DNA from: Hemiscyllium ocellatum | Taxonomy: Eukaryota | Direction of reading: 5' to 3' | Assembly: GCF_020745735.1 (NCBI RefSeq) | Contig: NC_083413.1 | Span: forward strand, 97,932,409-97,996,408 | Length of the DNA stretch: 64,000 nt | Part shown: positions 47,675-59,100 of the stretch, piece after piece | Numbering within the stretch: position 1 is the stretch's first letter | Layout: every line of letters begins with the position of its first letter | Program-made: the position numbers and the translations under genes | Notes under the pieces: model-generated | Databases searched by the model: none | Told to the model about the DNA's origin: nothing | What the model saw: only the letters and a program-made list of their open reading frames with translations

Positions 47675-47840
47675 TCATGTAAATATATACTGATTGCCTA
47701 GCAAGGATTCAAACTTTTCCTCCTTTTTCTAGTCAACTCCTGACTTATCGTAACAGAGCGTTACATGAGGAGGGTATCGAAAAGGGGTCTGGGTGTCACT
47801 GTCAGAGTCAGGGAAAAGTGCCCAAAAGCGTGCTGGAATG
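47420..47840 (-). pseudogene. 2H-phosphoesterase-like domain between PR and RT, broken by TAG (47729-47731) and TGA (47675-47677)
   Basis: HxT motifs PPHVTL (His codon 47765-47767) and APHQTV (47585-47587), 60 codons apart in the pro-pol frame. Domain limits approximate. Confidence 0.72.
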
Positions 47841-48211
47841 CGGACGGAGTACTGGCCTTTCTGTGTCAAGCGGATCTCTTCTGGGGTGCACTTGATGATC
47901 ACGCCAAGACCACCAAGAATATCTCGTCCTAGGATGTTGATACCAATGTGGGGGTTAATTACAAATTCATGCTCCCATTCGTCATTTTCCCAGCTAACTT
48001 TCAATGGTTTAGTAATTTGATAAGGCACGAACTTGCCCTCAAACCCCAATAAACGTTGAATCTTGTTACCACAAGGATAGTGGGTCCCTGCTAGTGAAGA
48101 TGCGCATGCTCCTGTGTCAACCAAAAAGCGTTCAGGGGTACTTTCAATTAATAGGGTCACAATGGGCTCTGGAATGGCGTTGTGAGAAAAGACAGGCAGC
48201 ATCTCATCATA
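47729..48211 (-). CDS. pro: Aspartic protease, in frame with gag directly after the gag TGA
   Basis: FLVDTGA and NILGRDIL motifs; CAG-TGA-TAT-GAT-GAG-ATG junction. Confidence 0.95.
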   Translation of the reverse strand, partial: YDEMLPVFSHNAIPEPIVTLLIESTPERFLVDTGACASSLAGTHYPCGNKIQRLLGFEGKFVPYQITKPLKVSWENDEWEHEFVINPHIGINILGRDILGGLGVIIKCTPEEIRLTQKGQYSVRIPARFWALFPDSDSDTQTPFRYPPHVTLCYDKSGVD

Positions 48212-50158
48212 TCACTGTTGTGGGGACGGTGGGGGTGGTAGTATATTACTAAACGGATTTTGGCCGCCATAGCCACCTCTGGGGGTGCCTTGAGCACCCC
48301 GGCCCCTTCCTCCTCTGCTCCCTCGACCTCGTGGCTGTTCAGGGCAATCTTGTTTCCAATGGCTAGGATTTCCACAGTTAAAACAACCCTTCCCTTTAAA
48401 GTTATTCGTGGCCCGAAATGTCTGGGGCTGACTGGGATAACCCGAATTCCAGAGATTGGGAGTCCACGGCTGGCCACGCCAGTCAGGGGGACCTAATGAG
48501 TAAGGACCACCCCTAGCTGGACCATTTGGGTGCTGCATCGCGTGAAACTCGCCCTTTTGGTTTTGCCAGCCTGGGACATAAAAATCCGGTTCCAGCTGAT
48601 AGCCTCTATTGTCAGACTGCAGCTGGGGACCGGGTAATCTCCACAGCCCTTGCTGCTGGGTCTGCTGGGGAGGGGTGGGAGGTTGCCGCAAGGGGGCCAT
48701 GGTATTTTGATCACTTTCCCGTACAACAAATTCAGATTTAATAGGTTTTTCGGCCTTAGGACCGTCACCCTCACCCCATAATGCTTTAATTGCCCTAGCT
48801 GTATCACCCTGTGAGGAATTGATCCAATTTAAGTTGTTAGTTTTCCATCTATCTTGTGTAGGTTTAGGCAAAGTATTCATCAAGAGACTATTATACTGTT
48901 GTGAGACCGCCCCCGCTCCCAAAGGGAAAAGAGGGTCCCCAGAATATGTGCCATACGTTTCATTAAACCTCTGTAGGTATTCCTCAGCACCCTCCCCCTT
49001 TTTTGGTTTTAGATCAATGATTTTTGCGAAGTAAACCGGTTTTCTGAGGACCTGCCGCATTGCTTCTTTAATTTCCTGCTCCTGTTGTTGTTGGTTCGGG
49101 TGTTGTGCTGTAAAAGCAGTCCAACTGTTGGCACCAGGGGGCATATCTAATATTTCTAAAAATTTTGTCCACTTCAAGCCAATAAACACAACCCTCAAAA
49201 AATTCCAGATATCTTCTCCCACTGCCCCGTAAGCCTGCCAAATGCTTTCAACTGATTCACACTATTTTTGTGGATCCTTATCTTTGTCAGGGAGATTCAT
49301 AGTCAGTGCCAAAATTTCCTGCGGTTTCCATGGCGTAAAAATTTCTAGGGTAGGAGGGTGACGAACCGCAGCGACAGGAGGGACAGCATTCGGCTGGGCG
49401 GGGACTCTTACCCGTCCCGCTTGAGGGTTAGGAACAGTACGCATAGGGAACATGTGACCTGAGGGTTCCTCTATCTCTGAACTGTCATCGTCAGCCTCCT
49501 CTGTCCAAGGGTAGGGCAATTGCTGTTCGGGTTCACACTGTGGTGGAGGCCGATATCCTTTTTTACCTGTGCTTGGGGTAAAACTCCTTTCACTACGTGC
49601 CTCCTGGGGTGCTGTACCCGATGGAGGGGGTTGGGGAGGAGATTCCACATTCGTAGAACTAATTCCCTTATCCTCCCATCCTGCACCCAGCCTCAGGTCT
49701 GACAATGCCGTCTCCACCGCTTGGTTGGCCAACCGTTTGTTCTTATTAATATTTTCATCAAAATTTGCACATGCAACCTTGAGCTCATGGAGGGTCAAAG
49801 GAAGCCCATCCTTAGTGACACTTAACCCCCTTTTTGTAGCATTATGTAACCAACTGTTGTAAACCTTCTGCTCGTGTTGTTGTTTAGCTTCCTCTTTCTT
49901 TCTAAAGCATGCATCTCTTAGTTTAGCCATAATTTTCTTACCCTTCTTTCCCCCTGTTCCCTCTTTCCATACTAACTCCGTAGCTCTTTTTACAATCTCC
50001 AATTTCCACGTACCCCCTGCAGGCCATTCATCAGGTCCCAATTTTTCTGTTAGCCATCCTGACAATTTCCTGAGTGACTGTGCATCCTCAGGATCTTCTG
50101 CGCAGACTGTTACAATTAATGATCCCGAATCCTCACATTTATCCATAAACTGTCCCAT
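48212..50158 (-). pseudogene. gag: gag (649 codons including stop) with one premature TAG at 49262-49264
   Basis: The two ORF-track pieces share one frame (QK*CESVESIWQAYGAVGED). MGQ start, MHR-like KPKKGEGAEEYLQRF, single CFNCGNPSHWKQDC zinc knuckle. Confidence 0.96.
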
Positions 50159-50205
50159 AATATTCCCTAAACTTTCCCTAACCTTTTGTGAGTGTTGCGT
50201 TTATT

Positions 50206-50384
50206 AGATCCTGCTCAAGGGACTTTAAACCCTCTCACACATACGTACCTCGGTGCTTTTATGAGGACTCTAACCCCATGGGACTTTAAACCCGTACGTA
50301 TCTAAACAACTACTTGTGAGCGGTGCTTTTATGAGATCCTGCTCAAGGGACTTTAAACCCACTCACACATACGTACGTATCTAA
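50206..50384 (-). repeat. Mosaic direct repeats in the ERV 5' leader
   Basis: 43-bp repeat at 50206-50248 and 50334-50376; gggactttaaaccc x3; cggtgcttttatgag x2; also at 1015-1193. Confidence 0.9.
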
Positions 50385-50395
50385 CTATTCTTACT

Positions 50396-50404
50396 TCTTA
50401 CCGC
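50396..50404 (-). promoter_or_regulatory. Candidate major splice donor
   Basis: Minus strand GCG|GTAAGA between the PBS and gag; an alternative GAC|GTGAGT lies at 50587-50595. Confidence 0.55.
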
Positions 50405-50673
50405 GCTCCCAGCACCTTTTTATTCCTACCTTCTATAGCACTCCCAGTGCTTTTGTGGTGGTCCCTTTAAAAAGCTGTTCACTGGTTCGTTCTCGATCCC
50501 GTCCGGTAGCAGCTCCTGCTGCGGTGAGTTGGATCCAGGTCCGCCCCTGACTTGAGGAGACACTAGTCGCGAGTCCCAAACGGTATACTCACGTCGTAGT
50601 TGGGCCCATGTCCACCTTGCCACAGCAAGACCGTGTCCTGTTCAACCGTCACCAGGAGCCGCCTTCCGTTGGG

Positions 50674-50691
50674 ATCCCACCGCTGCCACCA
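50674..50691 (-). promoter_or_regulatory. Primer-binding site, tRNA-Leu
   Basis: TGGTGGCAGCGGTGGGAT; 18-nt complement of the tRNA-Leu 3' end. Confidence 0.93.
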
Positions 50692-50694
50692 AAA

Positions 50695-51410
50695 TGTGAA
50701 AGCTCAGCCACGTTACCTGGCTTTCTGTGAACGCCTGTCCAAGAACAGAGAACCACCACTTAATTAATGCACTTCAACAGTACTGTTTTTATTCAAGACT
50801 ATCAGTATATGAATATACTAACAAGGCTTGGGAGAGAAAAGCCACTTAGACCACACTGGGTAATAAAGAGTGGATTCTCTCACCGTTGATAGGGAAAGTT
50901 GTAACATTTATACATAACTTCTCACGCAATACAGAGTCCCGTGTCATTAAGCTATCGCAAAGTATATTAATCAAAGTATACTTAATTGTAAGCTTACACA
51001 TCAAAACATGCTCTAAATCTAACACACAGACACCAGCACCCATCTGGTTAAGATATTAACACTATCTTTAAAGTCAGACATTGACTCCCATTATTTTTCT
51101 AACTCTTCAAAGCAACAGTCAAATCTCAGAGATGCTCTTTAAATGTAAACATTCAAACCTCATTAATGTGTTACAGCTAGACCGTAAGGCACCAGTACTC
51201 CTCTGATGGCTGCCCTTTGACCTAGTGCTGGTACTATGTCATTCTCAGATCTGTGGGATTGGACATGTTTACCCAGCCTGTGCAAGTTGCTGTATTAGCA
51301 ATTTGTTCGCTCAGGATGCTGGGCAATATAGCCAATGTGCTTCAGCCATTTTAGTTAACATTCTAAGCTCCATTTTCTATATGGTCACTATATCTATTTC
51401 CAACTTATCA
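50695..51410 (-). mobile_element. ERV 5' LTR (716 bp)
   Basis: Aligns without gaps to 41066-41781; TATAAA at 50907-50912 and AATAAA at 50788-50793 on the minus strand. Confidence 0.98.
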
Positions 51411-51870
51411 ATAGAGATGTACAACTTGGAAACAGATCTTTCAGTCTCACTTGCCCATGCTGACCAGCTATCCTAAACTAATCTAGTCCCATTTGCCAGT
51501 ACTTGGCCCATATCCCTCTTCTAAACCCTTCCTATTCTTATACACACTCAGATGCCTTTTAAATGTTGAAATTGCACCAGCCTCCACCACTTCCTCTGGC
51601 AGTTCGTTCCATACACACCATCCTCTGCATGAAAAAGTTACTCCTTAGGTACTTTCAACTTTTTCCCCTCTCACTCTAAACCTATACTCACGAGTGTAGG
51701 TTTAGATGAGACTCCACCCATCTCAGGGAAAAAAACCTTGCCTATTCACTGTATCCATGCCTCTGATGATTTTATAAGCCTTTATAAAGTCACCCCTCAG
51801 CCTCCAACGCTCCAGAGAAATCAACCCCAGCCTATTCAGCCTCTCCCTATATAACTCTACATGGCTGTGA
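51411..51870 (-). mobile_element. CR1 3' fragment into whose tail the ERV integrated (also 2220-2679)
   Basis: Continues the left flank agagtcatag as agatgtacaacttggaaacag...; CR1-like 3' sequence. Confidence 0.7.
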
Positions 51871-52446
51871 ATATGTATAAGCCTAGAGGATTGGCTTCAT
51901 AAATCATGTTGCATTTAATATAAATGTTGTTTTTTTAATTATCATTTAGTTTAAAATGGAGGACGGGTGCCTTTTCAATTTATGGTGTGTATGGAAAGAC
52001 CTGGAAAATAAACTACAACAAAAAAATGGACAAAATGTTATTGTACTACGGATCATCTCACCATATCATTCGTGTAAAAAATAATTCCCTGTTTTGACCG
52101 TGAAGTTAATAGAGTCTATTAATTAGTCCTGTGTTTGTAATAATTTTCATCTATCTGTCATTCTACATTTAGTTGTTGTAGTTAATGTGTGGATTACTGC
52201 ACTTCTCTAAAAATTCAAAACAAAATAAAGTAAAACTGCAAATTAAATATTGCATCTAATTACGACAAAAAAAATAGCAATTTAATGACATGAAATTGGA
52301 AAGGAATGTTGAAATATAGCCAGTTCTGAGGACTACAAGCGGTTGCAAGAGATCATTAATTAATTTACGGTATGTTCAAATAATTAGCAAATGAAGATCC
52401 ACACAGATAAAGGTAAGGTATTACATCTTGGTAGGAATAATGTGCA

Positions 52447-53132
52447 AGGAGAAAGTGAGGTCTGCAGATGCTGGAGATCAGAGCTGAAAATGTGTTGCTG
52501 GAAAAGCGCAGCAGGTCAGGCAGCATCCAAGGAACAGGAAATTCGACGTTTCAGGCATAAGCCCTTCATCAGGAATGAGGAAAGTGTGTCCAGCAGGCTA
52601 AGATAAAAGGTAGGGAGGAGGGACTTGGGGGAGGGGTGATGGAGATGTGATAGGTGGAAGGAGGTCAAGATGAGGGTGATAAGCCGGAGTGGGGTGGGGG
52701 CGGAGAGGTTAGGAAGAAGATTGCAGGTTAGGAGGGCGGTGCTGAGTTCGAGGGATTCGACTGAGACAAGGTGGGGGGAGGGGAAATGAGGAAACTGGAG
52801 AAATGAGTTCATCCCTTGTGGTTGGAGGGTTCCCAGGCGGAAAATGAGGTGCTCTTCCTCCAATCGTCGTGTTGTTATGGTCTGGCGATGGAGGAATCCA
52901 AGGACCTGCATGTCCTTGGTGGAGTGGGAGGGGGAGTTAAAGTGTTGAGCCACGGGGTGGTTGGGTTGGTTGGTCCGGGCGTCCCTGAGGTGTTCTCTGA
53001 AACGTTTCTCAAGTAGGTGGCCCGTCTCCCCAATATGGAGGAGGCCACATCGGGTGCAGCGGATGCAATAGATGATGTGTGTGGAGGTGCAGGTGAATTT
53101 GTGGCGGATATGGAAGGATCCCTTGGGGCCTT
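52447..53132 (-). mobile_element. Penelope-like element, copy 2 (2 bp shorter); hammerhead core at 52541-52576
   Basis: Same as 3256-3943; TSD at 52434-52446 and 53133-53145. Confidence 0.9.
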
Positions 53133-56100
53133 GGAATAATGTGCAGGTCACTTATTCAAAGATGCACGTCTAAGTGAGGGAGACAAACAAAGGGATTTCA
53201 GACAATTACATCAGTCACTAACAATTTCACCACAGGTTCCAAAGGCCATAAAAATGTAAACAAAGTACTAAGTTTTATCTCTAAAGGGATAGATTCGAAA
53301 GTAGGGTCACTATAAAAATTTGGTTGACGATAATTAAGAGTATTGTTTGCAGTTCGAGTTGACATATTATAGAATGTATGAGACAGAGTGAAGAGATGAT
53401 TTATGAGAATGCTCCACAAGTTTCTGGCTGTGTATATCCAGGAAGAATTGTTGTGCTGTTCACTTCTCTCTTGAAAAGAAGGCTGACAGTTCGAAAATTA
53501 AGAAAAGTTTTGAAAAGAGAAGGTACAAAGAAAACATTTCACTGTGGGATAGAATATAACTCGAGGCTGTCAATATAAGACGGTACCTCAAGAAGTCCAA
53601 AAGGGAATTCAGAGGAAACCTCTTCACTGAAAGAATGATGAGAATGGGGAATATGTGACCAGACGGAATAGTTGAAATCAATAGTTTAGATGTATTTCAA
53701 GGAAACTAGGCGAGCACTTGGAAGGGATGGGAATAGAGAATTACAACGGGCGATTTAGATGAGGAAAGATGTGAAACACCTTGAGTGGAACATAAGCACT
53801 GGCATGAACTGATTGTGCCAAATGGTCTGTTTTTCCTCTGTAATCCTACGTAGAAAATCACCATTGCATGAAACAAAAAGTGCATTATGAACATTTAGAA
53901 GAGTTATAAAGTTTCTCACAAAAAGTCTCAAGTATCCAGCATTGAATGTAAATGATTTTATCACATGGCCACACTTCACGATTTGCTTGATAGCACTGAA
54001 ACAGCAGTAATCACATTCCTCTTACTAGGAGTAGGAGTAACCCATCGTCCTTGCACCAATTGGGGGATCTTAATGACTTATTAATGGCCTCAGTAGGAGC
54101 TGCCAACCTGGTCCTGGGAATGTTGTGAACACTCTAGCCCTCACGGCTTCTTTCACTCACTTACTCTGATTTCCAGTTCCTGTAATGATCACCACCATGG
54201 ACAGGGGACTGTTCCAGTATGCAGATGGGATACCCTGTTGTGAGCCACAAGGTACTTCATTAGGAGGGACACCCTCCAGGTGTGTCACTAGGATGCAGGG
54301 GGAGGTCTCCCACACAATGGAGGACCTTACTGCTAATAAACTGCCAGCATTGGCGGGAACACACTCTACATTGACCACGTGAGTGGTCATCCTTTCCCGA
54401 ATTTGGGATCAATAACATACTAGGGAGGTGGAAACTCCTTCCTTCCCTTCTCACCTTCCACCCTATTATCCACCTAATGACCTTGCAGCCTGTCCCTAGA
54501 GGGCTGATAGAGCCCAGTCCCATTCCAATATTCAAGAACATGAAGAGCTGGCAACCTGGTCAAAATTGACAAAGCTTAACACAAACAGTCTTGGCCTGAC
54601 CGTCAAACTCTAAAGTGTAACTTGAGATGAGTTCAATAAAAATGGCAGAAGTACAGAAACAACCACTTCCATCTGTCAGAAACACATGTCTATGAATGGG
54701 AACGGGTGGTCCGCTATTTGGAATGGAGCAGTGCATTTGAAAAGTGAATGAGGAGCAGCAATGTTTTGTGATGTACGTGTGCACAGTCTGAAGCTGTTTG
54801 CTGATTCAGTTTTGCTAAAGGTTTGGCAGATACATTCCAATGAGAATCAATTAAATCTGCCAAAGTGGATATTAATACTCACATTTATGAGATGCTTTAA
54901 CATAGAACATAGAAAAATACAACACAGAACAGGCCCTTTGGCCCATGACAGTGTGCCGAGGTCTAATCCTAATGTAAAATATAACAACCTACACACCCCT
55001 CAACTCACTGCTAAACATGTGCATGTCCAGCAGTCACTTAAATGTCCCTAATGACTCTGCTTCCACCACCACCGCTGGCAATGTATTCCATGCATTCACA
55101 ACACTCTGCATAAAGAACCTACTCTAATATCTCCTCTATACCTTTCTCCTAATATCTTAAAACTATGACCCCCTCGTACCAGTCAATCCTGCCCTGGGGA
55201 AAATTCTCTAGCTATTGACTTTATCTATTCCTCTCATTATTTTGTATACCTCAATCAGGTCTCCTCTCTTCTTCCTTCTCCAGAGAGAAAAGTCTGAGCT
55301 TATTCAACCTTTCTTCATAAGGCAAGCCCTCCAGTTCAGGCAGCATCCTGGCAAACCTTCTTTGCACCCTCTCCAAAGCCTCTATCTATTTCTTATAGCA
55401 GGGTGACCAGAACTGGACACAATTTTCCAGGTGTGGTCTCACCAGGGACTTGTAGAGCTGTAGCAAAACCTCGCTGCTCTCAAACTCGATTCCCCTGTAA
55501 ATGAAAGCCTAAACACCATATGCTTTCTTAACAACCCTATCCACTTGGGTGGCAACTTTGAGGGATCTATGTACTTGCACACCCAGATCCCTCTGTTCCT
55601 CCACACTGCCAAGAATCCTGCCTTTAACCCTATATTCAGCATTCGAGTTTGACCTTCCAACCTGGAAAAGGATGCACCGAACGCCAAACAGGAGAAGGTT
55701 GTTGGCATGTATCGAAGAGTTAGGACCAATGACATGAAGCTGGCTTTTAAGCAAGCTTTCAAAGTGAGAATGAGTACCAGAGGGCATGTAAGGAAGTTTA
55801 TCAGTAAAGTACAGCTAATTCAGGGGACTTGACCATACTCATGGACAAAAGCAATCAGAGACCCAAAGAACAGAGTGTGTATATAAGGGGTACAAGAGAC
55901 AGCGTGAAACAAGGCCTTGAAGAATTTAGAGATAGACATAAGTTTAAACTCAATACATTCGATGATAAAGAGCCAGTTAAGATCTCAGTCCTTTCTCTAT
56001 AAGCACAAGTTTAAGTTGACCAGTCTTGTCCAGGCCAGCATTAAATGGGATGTTTATTTGCACTGTGCACACCTCATGATTTCACAAGATATCTCAGTTT

Positions 56101-59100
56101 TGTAAATGCAATAGAATGCATTATCCACCGTTTCAGCAATTCATTAAATAGAAGTTGACAGAAATAAACAACTTTCCAAAGCTGTCTTTCAACAGCCAGA
56201 CTGATACAATATTCAAAAAGGATCTGCATGTACAAAGTGGGCTTGTCAGGGGGTTTAATCATTTCACATTCGAAAACTAGATTCCATTTTAATTATATCA
56301 GCTGGATGTTGGATGCTCCATCAACAAAAGGTTCCCATATTCAAACGGTTATTTGCAAATATAGTAATTGGATATTGCTATAAAATAGGACATGCTTTTT
56401 TTTTGTCTTGCATACACCAGGATAGCTGCAAAGATTTTGATATTAAGGGAAACAACATTTTACACTGAACAAGAAAAGAATTCTGATGCTTTGGAAAGTG
56501 CACAATAATTGATCAAGATGTCCCCAATGGAAATGGACTGGTCAGATGGTGACAGACAGTTAACAGCTAAACTTTGTTAAGTTTACAATTGGCAGGTTGC
56601 CTGAGTGGTCAAGGTATTGCCCTGCCAAATGAGTCCGAGAATGGCCATCACCAATTTAGTCGAATCACAACAAGCATTGGCTGTTAACTGCCAATCATCA
56701 CCTGGTCCATTCTCCATGCCTTTACCAATCAGCACTCATTACCCAGACAGATTAAATGCTTTCTCCCTTCCCATTGGTATTCTTGAGAGTGTCCTGATAA
56801 GTACAATACTAAAGACTTAAATAAAAAAACACTTTATTTCCATCAATACTCAAATGTCCATGCTGCCCCAGCTGGCAGAGGGGAAACATCACTACAATGT
56901 ATCAGGCCGACAATGAACTGGTAAAGTTCTGCACTGGCCTCAGAGGGAAACCAGCAACAATGTCCTTGTGGAGACATTACTTTACCTTTGATCCTATACA
57001 GCAACAATTTCAAAGCCATTGAGGAACAGGAATAAATAGAAACAAACTACATGCACATACACACAGCATACTGTTATGTAAAGTAATAGAGAGAAATGCT
57101 GCACGAACAGGAAAATTAATTGTTATTCTGAATAGTGAATATGGCACCAAAAACACCCTTGTGATAATGACAGTTGGAAAATCTGCCCACATTGGTTTGC
57201 AGCAGTTGAAGAGTTGCTCATTCTGTTCTGGGCCCCACTCAGTTCCTGCACCAGTATGTGACCATAGATTCAGATTGTTTTTAAAGGCAGATATCAATAT
57301 GCAGTTGCACAGTGGCAGGAGTACAGCTATCCTATGGACAGCACTAAAGAGATCTCACACACATTGGCTCTTTAATAAAGAAATGGGGCAAACCTCAGAG
57401 ATAGGGAAATGTAAATAAATGAACCACTAACAAGATTTCATCCAATTCGATAGTAACTGATACCTGATCACCAAATTCAGCTGCCACTTGAAAGGATGCA
57501 AGAAGCCCCAAAAGGAGATACTCCACATTTCACTTGATTCTGTGTCACATTATCGCAAGAGAGCTTTGTAGTTGCCTTTTAGCAGACATTATTTTTATCC
57601 ATAAACCACATCGGTTTATCAGAGAAGCATTGGTTCCAATCATAGATCAGAACTGAATAGTGCAGAACCACATCATAACCCATCTTGAGAAGCTGTGTCA
57701 GTGGGTGCATGGGTTTGCAGTGCCTCTGTGTTCTGAGCTTCGGCCCCAATCTCTCTCTGTTCCCTAGTTTTTCTGCTAAGTTGCGGTTCCAGTCAGTTTG
57801 TATTTCATCATTGTCCCAGATTATAGAGGGTTCCGTATCAGTGAGTTCACCAGGATAGCCCGTTGGGTAAATCAGCAGTGGCTCCACTGAAAAGGCTTTT
57901 AAATCCTGAGGCTCATAGAACAGCTTTTAGTTATCCCTATTAATTGACCTATTAACAATTAACAACGTTATATTTGATCTGCTTTATTTCTCATTACTGA
58001 CTGCAATGAATTTACTTCATGGGATACAGAAACTCACCAATGTGAGTAAAAACCTCTTAAACTTTGGGCAAAATCCAGGCTATTGACTAAAGAGAATAAA
58101 CTCCATACAATAATGCAACAAAGGAAAGCAAATTGAAGTCAAATGATGCACAGGTTTGATGAAGAGCAAAACCCCCTCTACCCCAGCAGGAAGGCAAGTA
58201 GAAAAGTTGTGCATTTATGTAACATCTTAATGCAATCTCAGAGTATCCTAAACATCTCTTTCCAGATCTCTGAAACAAGTGCAGAACCCCTGGGGCCACT
58301 GTCAACTACATGCTATCAAACCCATGGAATCATAGACGGAAATATCAGCATGTGCCCATGTAACAGTTTAAAATGTGTGTTTAATACCTTCGCTCGAGTA
58401 ACTCGCAAAATTGTTTCGCGGTATGAACAATAAATGGGAATAGGTCACTTGGCCCTTCGAGCCTGGTCCACTATTCAATAAGATCCTGACTGACCCGATT
58501 TTAATAAGCTTATAAAACATTCAGCTGACAATATCCCACTTTAGCTTCTCTTATTCTATCATTTTAGTATATTCTACTACATATCTATTCTAATCTGGAG
58601 AATAATTCTCCTGCTGTTAATCACTGATCCACACTGTACTGCTCTCCTCATGCACTGTTCTTTTCCTCAGCCTATCCTTTAGACAAGATAAAATACATTG
58701 GAACAGACTCCACCGTTTGCTGGTACTTGACACAATGAGAACGATTGAAATATTTCAATACACTCCTTTGGTGGAAAATATAATTTGTTTTAATCATTTA
58801 AAACTGGTTCAATTTATTTTATATTTGCATTGAATGGTATATTAGTTTGATCCAGATGTTAGTACAAAGTGAAATATTACAGCACTGAGCTTTGTCTCTT
58901 CTCATTTGATGGAAGTTGGGAAGGAGTGTTTTCTTACAGCAGAGAGTGAAACATGAACAACCAAGTTGAGTAATAATACATGCAGGTTCTGACAAAGCTA
59001 ATTTTCAATCAGAGATGTTCTATACAACAACTGAAGTACTTTTGATCATGGAGTCACATGTCAGAAATGTGATATCTAATTTGTGTCCCATGAGAAAAGC

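Larger units (their letters stand above)
41066..51410 (-). mobile_element. Full-length class I (epsilon/gamma-like) endogenous retrovirus, LTR-gag-pro-pol-env-LTR, 10,345 bp
   Basis: Paired 716-bp LTRs; 4-bp TSD ATAG (41062-41065, 51411-51414). The empty site re-forms the CR1 tail agagtcatagagatgtacaac. PBS, PPT, YVDD RT and a CX6CC env are present. Confidence 0.99.

Noticed and set aside
47550-47830. Foamy-virus-like spliced pol mRNA bypassing the stops
   Set aside because: The only decent acceptor (about 47797-47820) lies upstream of both stops and is followed by several out-of-frame ATGs. RT and env are class I type.
47675-49264. APOBEC/AID-type hypermutation as the source of the three premature stops
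   Set aside because: The ancestral codons are unknown, and the LTR differences (4 transversions, 3 transitions) show no G-to-A bias.
49400-49700. Canonical late domain in Gag
   Set aside because: The region is Pro-rich (PPPSGTAP, YRPPPQ, LPYP) but has no exact PT/SAP, PPxY or LYPxnL, so none is called.
50426-50623. 65-codon leader ORF as a WDSV orfC-like accessory gene (also 1235-1432)
   Set aside because: GTG start, short, no recognisable motif; expected by chance in a GC-rich leader.
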